From Schmidtea polychroa (Eukaryota), in NCBI GenBank assembly GCA_044892525.1, contig CM097885.1:6450001-6514000 (forward strand): a DNA stretch of 64,000 nt, given 5' to 3'. The number at the start of each line of letters is the position of its first letter. Position 1 is the stretch's first letter. A program made the position numbers and the translations under genes. Below are positions 40,905 through 53,179 of this stretch, piece by piece. The notes under the pieces are model-generated. The model had not been told where the DNA came from. It ran no database searches and saw only the letters and a program-made list of their open reading frames with translations.

Positions 40905-43044
40905 TGTTATACAGCATATGAGGATATTTTGCGATCGTTGGAAATACGTTCTCAACTATATTAGGAATATATTATATTATATTATATTATGATTATATTA
41001 TATTATGATTATATTATATATGATTATATTATATTATGATTGAAGATGATTTTTTCATCATTAGTTTCATTAAGACAATTGAGACAAGTTTTTGGTGACT
41101 CATATAAAATTATGGCATACTTGTGTTCATTCATAGCCAAATATCCAATCACTACGTAGCTCGACAAAGTAATCAAACGGATGAAAAATCGAAGAGATTC
41201 GGGTAAAATAATGATCAATAATGAGAAAGATGACGACCCAAACAGATCAGAAAATATTGAACAGCCACAAATAGTCAAAGAGAACAATTGAGAGAATTGG
41301 GAAATAATATTGAAATTATAATCCCATACGAAATGGTAATTGTCATTGTGCTCCAAAGATAATTTGTGGATGTTACGGATTAGGGCTTGACTATATATTA
41401 GAAGGGTTCAATGAAGCAAGGCCAAAACTGAAAATAGTGATAAATAATATAATAATAAATGCACTGAGCGATACAGGGAAGCAGCTTCTTTGATTCGTGT
41501 AGATCAGTTAACGGAAAATCAAAAGAAACAATTTTGAGTACGAGAGATAGAGTAATTTCATTATCATCACATTTTACACCATTAAAAGGCGACATAGAAT
41601 TAACAGTCCACTTCTCAGGTCGTGGAAGAACATGTTTTCAAGGTAGTAGCAGAATATAAATGTGTATATGTCAGCATTGAAGAACTAGCAAAATTTTAAC
41701 TATAAGGTTATCTAATTCTACTTTGTTTTAACTTATAAATCAATTGCACAACCTAATCACGAGAAGCAGCTTTTCGCGTGTCTTACTCGTAATATTTAAA
41801 TTCTAGAAGGGAACTATATTAGAAAACTTTAGATCGTCCTTTATGTAACCGATAGCGCAAACTTCAGGAAACCCCTCCATCTTTAACCTAACCAAATATT
41901 TAATGCAGCATTCGTTTCTTATTCTGAGGACGGTTTGTACAACCGATTTCTTTGCTTTATTAAATCAGCTGCATTTTTATGTGTAATACATATATTATTA
42001 CTGTTAAAACCAATATGAAAAACATACCAACGCTTCTATTACAATACGGTATATTTATGTAAAAAAAATTACAACGTTCTTGGAAAATAAGTATTTGTTT
42101 TTTCGCAAATTCTAGTTACAAAACGAAGAAATTTATTTTAAAAGACAATTAACTAAGTTCAGTTAAAAATGACCTAATTTCAATCTAACAGATAGTTTCA
42201 TTCAAAAAATATTTAACTTATACCTATATGTCCAAGGTGAAGGTAGTCAAGATTTTTTTTCTAGATTTCGACCAAAACCGAAAAATAACATATTATTTTT
42301 CTTATTGGAATTGTCAAAAAAATTAGAAAATGCCGCCGTTGCGTAAGCTTAAAACCGGGCCTGAATGGTTAGATGAAAGAAATTTTATAATTGCTACATA
42401 TAGAAGTTCTACATAATGGTTGCCAAAATCGAGAGTAAGATAAAATCAGCCGAAGGTAATCATTGCTGCATTCTCATAACCGAGCGCTCACAAATTCACA
42501 GTTCATGCAGGTCCACCCAAAAAGAAGCCGTAGAAATATTATAATTATTCATTTCCTTTATAGCCTTATATAAGATCTGAGTACATTGTTGAACTGCGCT
42601 TTCTATAAAGGTATCATAGAGATAAATATTAGAAATGAATAGAAATGATAGTGACAGTAACCTATTACTATATCAAATAAAAAAAGACTACTAAACCAAA
42701 AAAATAAAATCAAAATATTTTATCCGCGCTTGAATGAATATTTCATTGGAAATATGATTGAAATATCCCAGTTTATAGCAGATAACAATTACTCAACAAT
42801 GCCAATCTAGCTAATAATATAATTGAGCCAGATTGCCAAATGAATCCTTTACAGCTCCTAATCAACATTATTAGACTGCATCTTTTGTTTATCATAATTA
42901 AATGTTTAAAAATACAAATAAATATTTTTGCTTTACCTTTACAATCCATAAGTGATCAAATATAAAAATATTAAACTAAATAAAAAATTGGTAGTTAAAT
43001 AAGTTAGTTGGTAGTTAGCTGGTTATTAGTACTTGTATATATAT

Positions 43045-43230
43045 ACAGCTTGACTATGAGTCAGTAAATATATCGATATTTTTGATATTCACGAATTTTC
43101 GGCAGTCTTTTTCATATATAGTTTAAAAGAATTAAGAAAATGACCTAAATATCTATTTGCAGTTTAAAAATAAAGAAAATAATCAAAAACATATTAGTAA
43201 TGAATCTAGTGGAACACTGTTAGCTAATGA
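43045..43230 (+). repeat. Dispersed repeat, direct copy of about 32375-32550; probably a DNA transposon end (GCTTGACTAT motif also near 32302, 41385 and inverted at 61657)
   Basis: Shared TATATCGATATTTTT..ATTTTCGGCAGTCTTTTTCATATA..GAAACACTGTTAGCTAATG. Confidence 0.6.
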
Positions 43231-43451
43231 AGAATAGCATTATCAAATAGAGAAAAATAATAGTAAATTAAAACTTGATGTGAACAAGGATCTTGACATA
43301 GTATGAAATAAAGAAAAACTACCATTACCATCATCATTATTACTATCATCATCAGCGGTTGTTCTCTATCGCAGATGCCTCTATTGAGCCTCAAGTATAA
43401 AATGGGAACACCGGCTCACCCGACCCAAGTAAGTAGTTAGGTGCGTACGGC

Positions 43452-43697
43452 AGTAGTGAGGAATCTATGCACCCCAGCACCCCCACCCTAAAAAAAAACA
43501 GCGCTATTGACCCATATTTTCCACATTTATATGCTTTTTTACCCCATATTCTTCACTTTTTTTAACTTTTAAACTTTGTCCCCTATTGCCATTAACCCTT
43601 AATTTCTTCCCTTAAAAGTAAAAAAGTTCGGAATAGATGTATTTATAGATTAGTAATTCCGAGAAAAGGTAACGGGGTGCATAGATTCCTCACTACT
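43452..43697. repeat. Left terminal cassette (246 bp) with its own perfect 24-bp inverted repeats
   Basis: AGTAGTGAGGAATCTATGCACCCC (43452-43475) and GGGGTGCATAGATTCCTCACTACT (43674-43697). Confidence 0.95.
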
Positions 43698-43820
43698 TGG
43701 TCTTAAGGATTTAATGTTATAAGGATTTAATGTTATAAGAATATCAGATTACCTAATTCATAATGATCTAGGTCGCCTGATCACCTTAAGGTTTTGAAAG
43801 TTTTAAAAATAAAAAATTTT

Positions 43821-44474
43821 ATGAAAATAGTAAAACTGCTCTGAGGGGACAGTGGTATTTTTTTTTTTTTTTTTTCACTGTCCCCTCAACAGTTTTTTTT
43901 TGATCCGGATCATTTTTTTTTTATTTATCAACCTCTTTCGTTTATCAAATCTCTTCCAATATACAAGCTGGCCAGACTCATACATCAGAATCAATCCGAT
44001 AATAGCAGCACACCTTATTATTCGCTTCTCGCTCACGAAGTCGATTTCAACGGCGTTTTAAGCGTGCTGCTCGAAAGTACAAATGAATTCGAAAGCGAAT
44101 CCGAAAGAGGTCCGAAAACAACTGAGAAATAAATGTGCACATTACCGGGATCGATCCGGGGGTGTTCGAAAGACAGGTGGCGATAATTACCGGTTCGCCA
44201 CCATCACCCGTTTCAATATTTTTTTTTTCATATTTATGTTTAAAAAATAATTAATTTATAAAAAAATAAAATAAAATAAAATAAATAAAATAAAATATAC
44301 AAGTACTTTATAAATATAAGATACCCACACTATTTTCAATATTATTTTCAAATTTTTAATATTATTTTATGTTGAAAAAAACTAACCTCAGATGTGATTT
44401 GAACCGCTATCCATTTGAACCACGGTGCCGGTCTAGCCCACTGCGCTATCTAGGATTGGATTTTTGTCATTTTT
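43821..44474 (+). repeat. Left long subterminal inverted repeat of element B
   Basis: Reverse-complement match to about 57408-58023. Confidence 0.93.
44375..44457 (-). ncRNA. tRNA-like Pol III unit (inverted-repeat copy of 57427-57508)
   Basis: Minus strand: TAGCGCAGTGG (A box), GGTTCAAATCA (B-box variant), T7 terminator. Confidence 0.6.
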
Positions 44475-44554
44475 TATACTGTCACATTATGAAAATAAAT
44501 ATAAAAACATAAAAAATCAAAACAGGATATCCAATAAAAAATTTTTTTCTAAAA

Positions 44555-47500
44555 ATGAATTGTAATATTTGTAATAAAGTTTTTAAAAATAAAACTGGAT
44601 TAATTTCTCACTTAAAATCGAAAGCTCATTTATTAAAAGAAAACAATCTTAATGATACAAATTCAAAAGTTTGTCCTAAATGTAAAGGAAGATTTCTACA
44701 TTCTGGATATAATAAACATTTTGAAAATTGTATCGGGAAAAATAGAGAAATATTTACATGTTCTCACTGTAACTTTTCAACAAAAGTAAATTTCTATTAT
44801 TTAGAACATATAAAAGAATGTAAAAATAAAAAACAAAATTCTGACGATGAGGAATGTCATTCAGAAGGAGAACCTGATCATGTTGAAAGAGAAAAATATA
44901 ACTGGGATGATTTTAATCATGTAGATGAATTTCAATTAGAAATCAATGGACCTATAACTCCTTGAGAATATATAAATAAAAATAAAAAAAATATTAAAAA
45001 TTCTTTCACTGAAGCTTTAAAAAATTATAAACCGACAAGGTATAATGTTATAAAATATAAAATTATAATCAAAGCAAAATACTGGCGAGGAGCAGAAGAA
45101 AAGACAACACCTTTAGATGTTGAAATTGGAATACCCTTTAAATATTTATTTTCAAGGATTTGATAAAACCATCAAAGAAATAATTCAAGCAGTAGAAGCA
45201 AAACAAGAAGAGGTTGAAAATGAATTAGGAGATTCAAACTTAGTATTCAACTCTTTCCAAACTTTAGTGATTGATTATTGGAGAGGATTACCACCCAATC
45301 CTAAATCTTATATTCCTACACCCTTTAAATCTAAAAATGTTATAAACATACAGAATAATGATAACAAATGTTTCGTCTGGTCAATACTTGCACATTTACA
45401 TCCTCAAGAATCAAACCCTCAAAGAGTTTCAAAATACAAACAATATGAAAATGAATTAATATTTCCCAAAGGATTCAAACACCCAATGAAACTAGAAGAC
45501 ATTCCAGAATTTGAAAAATTAAATAATCTTAAACTTAATATTTATGAACATGTTATAGGGAAAGAAATTATTCCAATTTATATTTCAGATAGTGGAACCG
45601 ATAACACTAGGGAGATATATCTTTTAATCTTGGAACAACAAAATAATCAACATTATGTTTTAATAAAAAACTTTCAAGCTTTTACATCACCAGAGAATCC
45701 AACTAGTGGAGGAGGAACATGTAAAAGATGTATTCATTATTCAACAACTAAAAACTCTATGATTAAACATACAAGATTTTGTGAAAAAGAGGATCCAGCT
45801 TTAATTAAAATGCCTAATAATCCCAAGATGTATTTTAAAAACTTTTCAAATTTACTACAAACAGTAGGAGTGCTTTATGGGGACTTTGAATCTATAAATC
45901 GTAAACAAGATTTGGTTAAACAATATTTAAAAATAATAGAAAAAATAAACTCATGGATTCCTGGAACTCCTCAGGAGAGAAGATGAAACCAGAGAGGATG
46001 AAAGCCTTTCTAAGAAAAAGGAATAAACCTAATAGTGTTAAAAAAACTAAACAATTACCATCTGCTTATAAATTATTATTTAAAAGTAATTATCCTGAAC
46101 TCATAGAATCTAGAGAATATACATTTCGAGGAATTTCAGAAACAGAAGTCTTGAATCATTTTACTAAAAGTATAAATGATCTAGAACATGAAATATTTAA
46201 AGTATTAAAAACAAAGTATCCTCAAAATATTTCTAATCAACAACAACAAGAATATGAAAACACTTCCAACTGTTGGATGTGTAAACAACCATTTGAAGAG
46301 TCTCCGAATATAAAAGTCCTCGATCATGATAATTTAAAAAAGGAAAATAATTATCGAGAAGCAGCTCATAAAAATTGCAATCTTAATTGTCATACTCCTA
46401 AATTTGTACCTGTTATATTTCATAATCTTTTTGGTTATGACATACATCTATTTATTAAACATTTAGCAGCAAATGCTAAAAACTCTTTCAAAGTTATAGG
46501 ACTTACAAAGGAAAAATATAAATCAGTTGAATATGGAAAATTAAAATTTATAGACTCGTTAAACTTTCTTCAAATGTCTCTAGATGGAATAGCTAAAACA
46601 ATGAAACCAGAAGATTTTAAAATCACTCGAGAATTCTTGGAAAAAAATAATATTCCTCTAGAAGAATATCCTACATGTTTAGCAAAAGGAATATATCCTT
46701 ATGACTATGTTGACTCGTTTGAAAGATATAATGAAACAAGTCTTCCTAGCCAAGAAGATTTCTATTCACAACTTCAAAAAAATCATATTACAAATCAAGA
46801 ATATTCTCGAGCAAATAAAATGTGGGAATTATTCAAGTGTAAAACTTTAGGAGAATATACCAACATGTATTTATCCTTGGATGTTTATATTCTAGCAGAT
46901 TGCTTTGAAGAATTTACAAAGTCTTTTGTTCTTAGACCTTACAATTATATAACAGCACCCTCTTTAGCTTGGGATACTTTATTATATACCATTTGGACTT
47001 CAAATATAGAAGAATCTGATAAAATTATAGATCTTTTAACTAACCTCGATATGTTTAATCTAATTAAAACAAACATTAGAGGAGGAGTCTCTTCAGTAAT
47101 GGGGAATAGAGAAATAAAAGCTAGAAATGCAATAACTACTAGCCGAAGACTATCTAAACACCCTGATGATCCATATATGAAAATTAACAATGAGGAATTA
47201 AAAGAAATATTAGAAACAATGAAAAATCCTATATTTATACTTTATATAGATGCAACAGCTTTATATTCAGGAATTATGACTCAATATTTACCAATGGGTG
47301 ATTTCATTGAAATAGAATCATCAAAAGAACTTATAAAAGAAATACTTTCAACACCTAAAGATTCTCCAATAGGTTACTTTGTAGAATGTGACTTATTATA
47401 TCCAGATGATATAAAATCAGGAACAAGATATTTCCCATTAGCTCCTGTAAGAAGAAAGATTGATATCAACGAACTTTCTGAATGGCAAATCTCACAAGAT

Positions 47501-48835
47501 AAACCTCCAACAATGAAACTTCTTTGTGATCAAACAGATCGAACTTATTATCTTTGTCACTATAGACTCCTCCAATTTTATCTCTCATGAGGAATGATAT
47601 TAAAAAAAGTTCATAGTGTCATAAGATTTAAACAAGCTCCATTCATGAAAGCTTTTATCGAAGAGAACATTAGATGTCGAAACATTGCAAAAAGAGAAGG
47701 TAACCTTTTTAAAGATAATAATTATAAACTTTTAAACAATTCAGTCTTTGGGAAGACAATGGAAAATGTAGACAAATATACTCATATTGAACTCCTAACA
47801 AATACTACCAAAGACATTAAGCGTTATAATCGTATGCTAGGAAAGCCTACATTTAAAAACGCACAAGTATTTTCTGAAAGTCTTACTGCAATAGAACTAA
47901 AGAATTTTGAGAAAACATACAACAAACCAATATTTATAGGGTTTTCAATTTTAGAACTTTCAAAATTACAAATGTATGAAACATATTATAACATCTTACA
48001 ACCTATATATGGTTCTAATATATCAATGCATGCAATGGATACAGATTCAATGTTTTTAACAATAAGAACTCATGATTTACAAAGAGATATAACCGAAAAT
48101 CCTATACTTTCAAATTTAATAAATTCATCTGGAGAATTATTTTTGTTTAAAGATGAAAAACCTTTTACTCCTATAGAAAATGGAATATTTATTCGTGCTA
48201 AACAATATTCATACGAAACATTTAGAAACCCTGAATTTATAACTAGATCATTTATATTTAAAACTCCAGAAACAGAAGAAACCATTACACATAGATATCC
48301 TATATTTCCTAAAGGACCAGAGGGACAAGAAGAAAAACCTGTAAAGGATAACAGATGTAAAGGAATACAGAAATCAGCTGCAAAGAATCTTTCTCATCAA
48401 GATTATATAGATACATTGAATCCAAATCATAAAGATAAAATTGATGAAATACATCAGATTAAAAGTGAAAACCATGATATTCATGTGATAGAATCCCAAA
48501 AAGTATCATTATCAAATTATGATGATAAAAGATTCATCCTAAGTGATTTAAAGACAACTCTTCCTATAGGAAATAATTTAATCCCTATAATAAAAAATCT
48601 AGAAAAGTTGAATAAGTTATATGATACAAAGATTACTGATCTTGATATTTATAATGTTGAAATTATTTATCCCGAGAGAGAAATCGAGAAGCCTTTATAT
48701 TCTCAAGTTTTTAATCCTATATGTTTAGAACTTAAATATTTTAATACTGATTCTGAATATATAAAAGGTCTAAGTGATAAAGAATTTAAAGATCATAAAT
48801 TAATGATTCATAGGTTGGCTTTCAACCATAACTGA
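44555..48835 (+). pseudogene. polB: Polinton pPolB with N-terminal C2H2 zinc fingers, split into four ORFs
   Basis: YGDFE, FHNLFGYD, YIDATALYS, KLLNNSVFGK, MDTDS. In-frame TGA at 44963 and 47588 (frame stays open afterwards) and frameshifts near 45135 and 45980. Confidence 0.92.
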
Positions 48836-48929
48836 AACCAACGATATTTAATGTCGACAATTAATTTAAGCAACTATAGCAACCTGATCTACTTTTTTAA
48901 AAATACACCCATTTTATATATTTATAATT

Positions 48930-49520
48930 TTAAGAATTCTTTAACCATTTCTCTCGTTTAATTTTTTTATTAGTTATAACATTAGCATTTTTTAATCTTA
49001 TAACCTCATTTTTAATATCTTGTATTATTTGATTTGATTTCATTATTTCATCATCAGTTAAGATTCCATCTTCCAAAGCTTTTAATTGAAATAAAAATAA
49101 TTTAGAGATTCCTAATTCTATTGATAAACAAACTTCACGATATAAACTTTTCTTTTTAGAAGTATAAGATAATGAAACTATTTCAGTTAAGAAACCATCA
49201 GCTACAGAAATACTTCCAAGTATTACAGGTGCAAGAGTAACAACTGGTAAAGTTATGGGTAAAATAACTGTTAATATTGCAGATGCAAATCCTAAAGAAT
49301 AACCTATAACTTTTAAAACTGTATTCCCTTTATTCCATCTATTTTTAATTTTTTTATAATGCTTTAATAAATCTTGTAAATGTAAGGTTTCTGATTTAAA
49401 TTCTTTTACTCTCATAATTTCAAGTTCTGTGGGAGCCGAGGCCTTGGAACCTTTGTGACCTTCGGAATAATATCCTGATGACAATTCTGGGTAAATTTTT
49501 TCTTCTCTTACTTCTTCCAT
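48930..49520 (-). CDS. Polinton membrane protein (hydrophobic hairpin between helical regions)
   Basis: Hydrophobic stretch VLKVIGYSLGFASAILTVILPITLPVVTLAPVILGSISV; in tight co-oriented gene array. Confidence 0.7.
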   Translation of the reverse strand: MEEVREEKIYPELSSGYYSEGHKGSKASAPTELEIMRVKEFKSETLHLQDLLKHYKKIKNRWNKGNTVLKVIGYSLGFASAILTVILPITLPVVTLAPVILGSISVADGFLTEIVSLSYTSKKKSLYREVCLSIELGISKLFLFQLKALEDGILTDDEIMKSNQIIQDIKNEVIRLKNANVITNKKIKREKWLKNS

Positions 49521-49528
49521 TTTAATAA

Positions 49529-50137
49529 TTAAAAAAATAAGACTTTATTCTTCTGAGCACCATCTGGCACCAATACTCGGATATCAAAAGAAACTCTTGT
49601 TGAGAGAATATCTTTATACAATTCCATCAATGCTTTACGAACTTCATCAACATCAACCTTTTTTTCATAAAATATTAAATCTATATATTGTACAAGTGTG
49701 CTTTTAAAAATAATATTCTTACTTTTAACTTTATGTAGTCCATGTGAATGAGTATTAACATACCAATCTCCGTGTGGTAAATCATAAGCAGTAATTATAA
49801 CATCACCCTTTTCAAACTTACTATTATAATCACATTTCACAAACCATTTCATTCTTTCATTATCATCATCAAATAAAAAGAAATAAGGATCAATAATCTT
49901 TACAACCATAAAAACACTCCATTCTTTACTGTTTGTTGTTATTAAAGTTGGTTCTATAAAATGTTTATATGTATGGGGTAATAATGTTTTATTCTGTTCT
50001 AATTCAGCAGCTCTTTTTCTAATACTATGTGTGGTGTTAATATGTGTTGTATGAGACTCTAAATTTGAAAGTCTTTTATTAAATGATGTAATCATCTCAT
50101 TTATTATATTATATATTGCATTAAATTTAGTATTCAT
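49529..50137 (-). CDS. Hypothetical protein (short coiled coil, IRKR motif, beta-rich domain)
   Basis: 202-aa ORF spaced 8-13 bp from neighbours. Confidence 0.65.
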   Translation of the reverse strand: MNTKFNAIYNIINEMITSFNKRLSNLESHTTHINTTHSIRKRAAELEQNKTLLPHTYKHFIEPTLITTNSKEWSVFMVVKIIDPYFFLFDDDNERMKWFVKCDYNSKFEKGDVIITAYDLPHGDWYVNTHSHGLHKVKSKNIIFKSTLVQYIDLIFYEKKVDVDEVRKALMELYKDILSTRVSFDIRVLVPDGAQKNKVLFF

Positions 50138-50150
50138 AATTTGTTTATCT

Positions 50151-50531
50151 TTAGAGTTTAATATTTAACTTTACAACTTGTTCAGTTAACAGACTTTGTA
50201 ACTTGTCAAATTTATCATTAAATCGTTGTTCGTTATTATTAAGCTTTGATTCCATTGAATCAATTTTTGTTGTTAATGAACTTTCAATTCTTGTTGTTGT
50301 TAAATCAGTATAATTTTTAACACCATCTACATATTTTTTATTAGCAGCATCACCTTCATCAGTTGGTAAAGATAAATCTTTTATCTTGTGTCCATTTAAA
50401 TTTAAATCTCCTTTCATTGAATCACCTCTTTCATTAATATATTTATTTTCTGTTAAAGTTAATATTTCTTCTGTATTAAACCCTGTTTTTATTGTTCCAC
50501 CACCTCTATTACAAGGAATATAAGAACTCAT
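50151..50531 (-). CDS. Fibre-like protein
   Basis: GDSMKGDLNLNGHKIKDLSLPTDEGDAANKKYVD resembles phage tail-fibre/trimeric adhesin neck motifs, followed by coiled coil. Confidence 0.65.
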   Translation of the reverse strand: MSSYIPCNRGGGTIKTGFNTEEILTLTENKYINERGDSMKGDLNLNGHKIKDLSLPTDEGDAANKKYVDGVKNYTDLTTTRIESSLTTKIDSMESKLNNNEQRFNDKFDKLQSLLTEQVVKLNIKL

Positions 50532-50555
50532 TTATTAATAATTTAAAATGAATCT

Positions 50556-51317
50556 TCAAACCTGTTTCAAATGTAAATACATTGAAATCTCTTCTCCATT
50601 AAAATCAATCAATTCTCCTTCTTGATTAAGAATTTTAAAATTAATATCCATTATATATTTTCTACATAAAGACAAATAATTTGGAGGATTCATTCTTTCA
50701 ACTATTTTATATCCCATAGGAACTGTGTTTGAGGGAAAGGAATATAAAATATTACTTTGTTTACCATTATTATAAGAACCTGTTATACAATCGCAATGAA
50801 TATTTATTGTGTTTGTATTTATTATTTTTATAATATTTTCTGATGTTATATTCTCAACTATAGGTGTGGTATAATGGTTTTGTGTAAATCCTAAAATTGT
50901 TCTAAAGAAACTATTATTTTGAAAACGAATTCCTATATTCTCTAAAGTCATTATACATTTTGAAGTTGGTAAATCCATTTTAATTTTAATGGCTCCATTT
51001 GTTTTTTTAGAAAGTATATTATTTAAATCTTTTATCTCATAAGCTCCAGGTTTTATTATTACATCAACATTTCCTTTTCGACTAATAATGAATTTACTAT
51101 TATCTTTAGTTATATTAAAAATAGTATTATAAGCACAAAACCATAATAGACCTAATTCATAATTTAAATCTTGATCTAATTTTATTGAATCTTGAAAGTT
51201 TATAGTAAAGTCTGATTCTTTTGAATTTATAGATAAAGTTCTTGAATATTTATCTGACATTATGTTTACCATTTTTTTAAAATTATCTTCCGGAAGGTTG
51301 CGAAGCTCCATTTTCAT
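50556..51317 (-). CDS. Minor capsid protein (penton, single jelly roll)
   Basis: SDFTINF..IKL..YELGL, PGAYEI, INIHCDCI..SNILYSF, GELIDFNGE..LHLK pattern of Polinton minor capsid. Confidence 0.82.
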   Translation of the reverse strand: MKMELRNLPEDNFKKMVNIMSDKYSRTLSINSKESDFTINFQDSIKLDQDLNYELGLLWFCAYNTIFNITKDNSKFIISRKGNVDVIIKPGAYEIKDLNNILSKKTNGAIKIKMDLPTSKCIMTLENIGIRFQNNSFFRTILGFTQNHYTTPIVENITSENIIKIINTNTINIHCDCITGSYNNGKQSNILYSFPSNTVPMGYKIVERMNPPNYLSLCRKYIMDINFKILNQEGELIDFNGEEISMYLHLKQV

Positions 51318-51739
51318 AATAGAGATTTTAAATCATTATAAATTTCTTGGATTAAGGAAGTGAAACCTTCTCCTTTGGATTTATTCAATCTATACAAAAT
51401 ATATAAACTTATAATACCACATATTTTAGTATTATTAGGTTTAACTTGTAAAGAATTAAAAGTGTAGTCCGAGAGATAGTCTTCAACTTCTTTAGTGGGT
51501 TTAATCCCAAAAGAATCAAAGTATATAGATTTATTATATATACAAACCCAATGAGATCCTTTTTCATTTGAATTTTGATAATTGATTGTTATATTATTCT
51601 CTTTCAGACTCGACAATTCATCATTCATTAATATTTTTATTTTTAAATTTAAATAATTTGCATAATCTTTTAAATCAAAATTTGTTTTTGCATTTATTCC
51701 AAATGTTTTTAAAAAATCTAATATTGAAGGACAAGTCAT
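51314..51739 (-). CDS. Adenain-like cysteine protease
   Basis: GSHWVC, YFDSFG, ICG catalytic His/Asp/Cys; the usual oxyanion Gln position reads Lys (QVKP). Confidence 0.88.
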   Translation of the reverse strand: MTCPSILDFLKTFGINAKTNFDLKDYANYLNLKIKILMNDELSSLKENNITINYQNSNEKGSHWVCIYNKSIYFDSFGIKPTKEVEDYLSDYTFNSLQVKPNNTKICGIISLYILYRLNKSKGEGFTSLIQEIYNDLKSLL

Positions 51740-51747
51740 TTTGTATT

Positions 51748-52602
51748 TTATAACTTCGTATATTTATTAAATTTATCTTTTGAAATTATTCCTTGTTTTA
51801 ACAAATCTTTAGAAATCTTTAAAATATCAGAATCTAAATTATTATGTCCTGCTTTCCTTGCAGATAATAGTTTTCTTAATTCAATAAAAAGATTGATTGG
51901 GTTTGGTTCAACCAATCCATCACCCTCTGTAACAACATAACCCTTTTCATTTTTATTTAAATAATTCTTTAAATCTTGAATATATTTTGCTTTAGAACTA
52001 GCTCTTATTAATCTTATTAAATTTAAATATTTTTTAATTTCTTCAACATCATCTGAAGAATATCCACAAAGTAATCTATAAAAATCATCTGTAAATTCAA
52101 GGTCTAAATATTCATTATTATAAACATTTTGTGAATGAATACGTGATTTATTTTCTGAATTTGAATATAAAGTAAAGTTTTGTTTATTAATTGTTATTAT
52201 TTGATATCCTTCAGTATTAGTATTAAATGTGGGTCTAATTGAAGGAGGTAAATCATCTCTAATTTTAGGATCAACTTTAAGAGGTTTTGTTTTTAAAAAC
52301 ATTTCTTCTTCTTCCACATTAGAAATTCTTCTACGTTTTCTTTGATTTCTTTCAGTGAGCTCTGATGTTTCTTTATCTTTAAACCTTTCAGTGGATTCTT
52401 CCTTCCACTCCAATTCTTTTATTTTTTGTTTTTTATCTTCTAATTCTAATCCTTTTATAGCTTTAATTGTTGGCCCCTGTTGTTGTTGGATTACCTCATT
52501 TAATATTATAGATTCAGCATGTTGGGTTGTATCTTTTTTATTATATTTATCTTGTTCTGATTGTAATTTTTTTAAAAGTGCTAATCTTTCTTCATATACC
52601 AT
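51748..52602 (-). CDS. Conserved Polinton hypothetical (probable virion core) protein
   Basis: C-terminal GDGL..NPINLFIELRKLLSARKAGHNN..LLKQGII motif that I recognise from Polinton accessory ORFs. Confidence 0.7.
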   Translation of the reverse strand: MVYEERLALLKKLQSEQDKYNKKDTTQHAESIILNEVIQQQQGPTIKAIKGLELEDKKQKIKELEWKEESTERFKDKETSELTERNQRKRRRISNVEEEEMFLKTKPLKVDPKIRDDLPPSIRPTFNTNTEGYQIITINKQNFTLYSNSENKSRIHSQNVYNNEYLDLEFTDDFYRLLCGYSSDDVEEIKKYLNLIRLIRASSKAKYIQDLKNYLNKNEKGYVVTEGDGLVEPNPINLFIELRKLLSARKAGHNNLDSDILKISKDLLKQGIISKDKFNKYTKL

Positions 52603-52624
52603 TTTAATGGTATCAAAAATGGTA

Positions 52625-53164
52625 TCATTTTGGTTCGAAGGGCTTCAAGTATAAACCTTTACCATTTTTGGTTTTACAAAGGCATCCATTCTTTAAAGAT
52701 TTACATATATTTTTTAAATCATCTTTATCTTTTGAAGATAAAGATTCAGATGTAGAAATTTGATTTTTTAAAAAATCATTTAAACCTCTACATTTATAAG
52801 GATCAAGATAAAGGCTCTTTCCCTTGGAGAGACTCCCCTCATATGGATTAAGATAGAGACCTTTTCCCCTCTTCTTCATTGAATCGATTTCAGTTTGTAG
52901 TTTTTCTTTTTCTAAGTCTGTCTTTTGAGATTCTTTAGCTTTTTGAACTGTAGTTGCAATTCCTCCAGCTATTCCAGCAGCACCTGATAGTCCGGCAATG
53001 ATTGCAGGTATTAAAGCAGCTAATGGAAGAATGCCACCTTCTTTAATCTTCGCTCTAACTTGTTCTTTTACATGTTTTCCAATAAAATATTTTTTACCAT
53101 CAATTACTACTGATTTATTTTTATTTGAATTTATTAATTCTTGCAGAGATTCTTCAGTTGTCAT
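52625..53164 (-). CDS. Adenovirus protein X-like membrane-active core protein
   Basis: EGGILPLAALIPAIIAGLSGAAGIAGG amphipathic segment and repeated GKGLYL-P motifs (candidate protease sites). Confidence 0.75.
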   Translation of the reverse strand: MTTEESLQELINSNKNKSVVIDGKKYFIGKHVKEQVRAKIKEGGILPLAALIPAIIAGLSGAAGIAGGIATTVQKAKESQKTDLEKEKLQTEIDSMKKRGKGLYLNPYEGSLSKGKSLYLDPYKCRGLNDFLKNQISTSESLSSKDKDDLKNICKSLKNGCLCKTKNGKGLYLKPFEPK

Positions 53165-53179
53165 TTTTAAATAAATAAA

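Noticed and set aside
44963..47590. TGA recoding (Trp or selenocysteine) in polB, GLRX5 and the gypsy protease
   Set aside because: TGG is used for Trp, TGA ends other ORFs, frameshifts co-occur, and the GLRX5 stop sits at a conserved Arg (CGA to TGA); ordinary decay is simpler.
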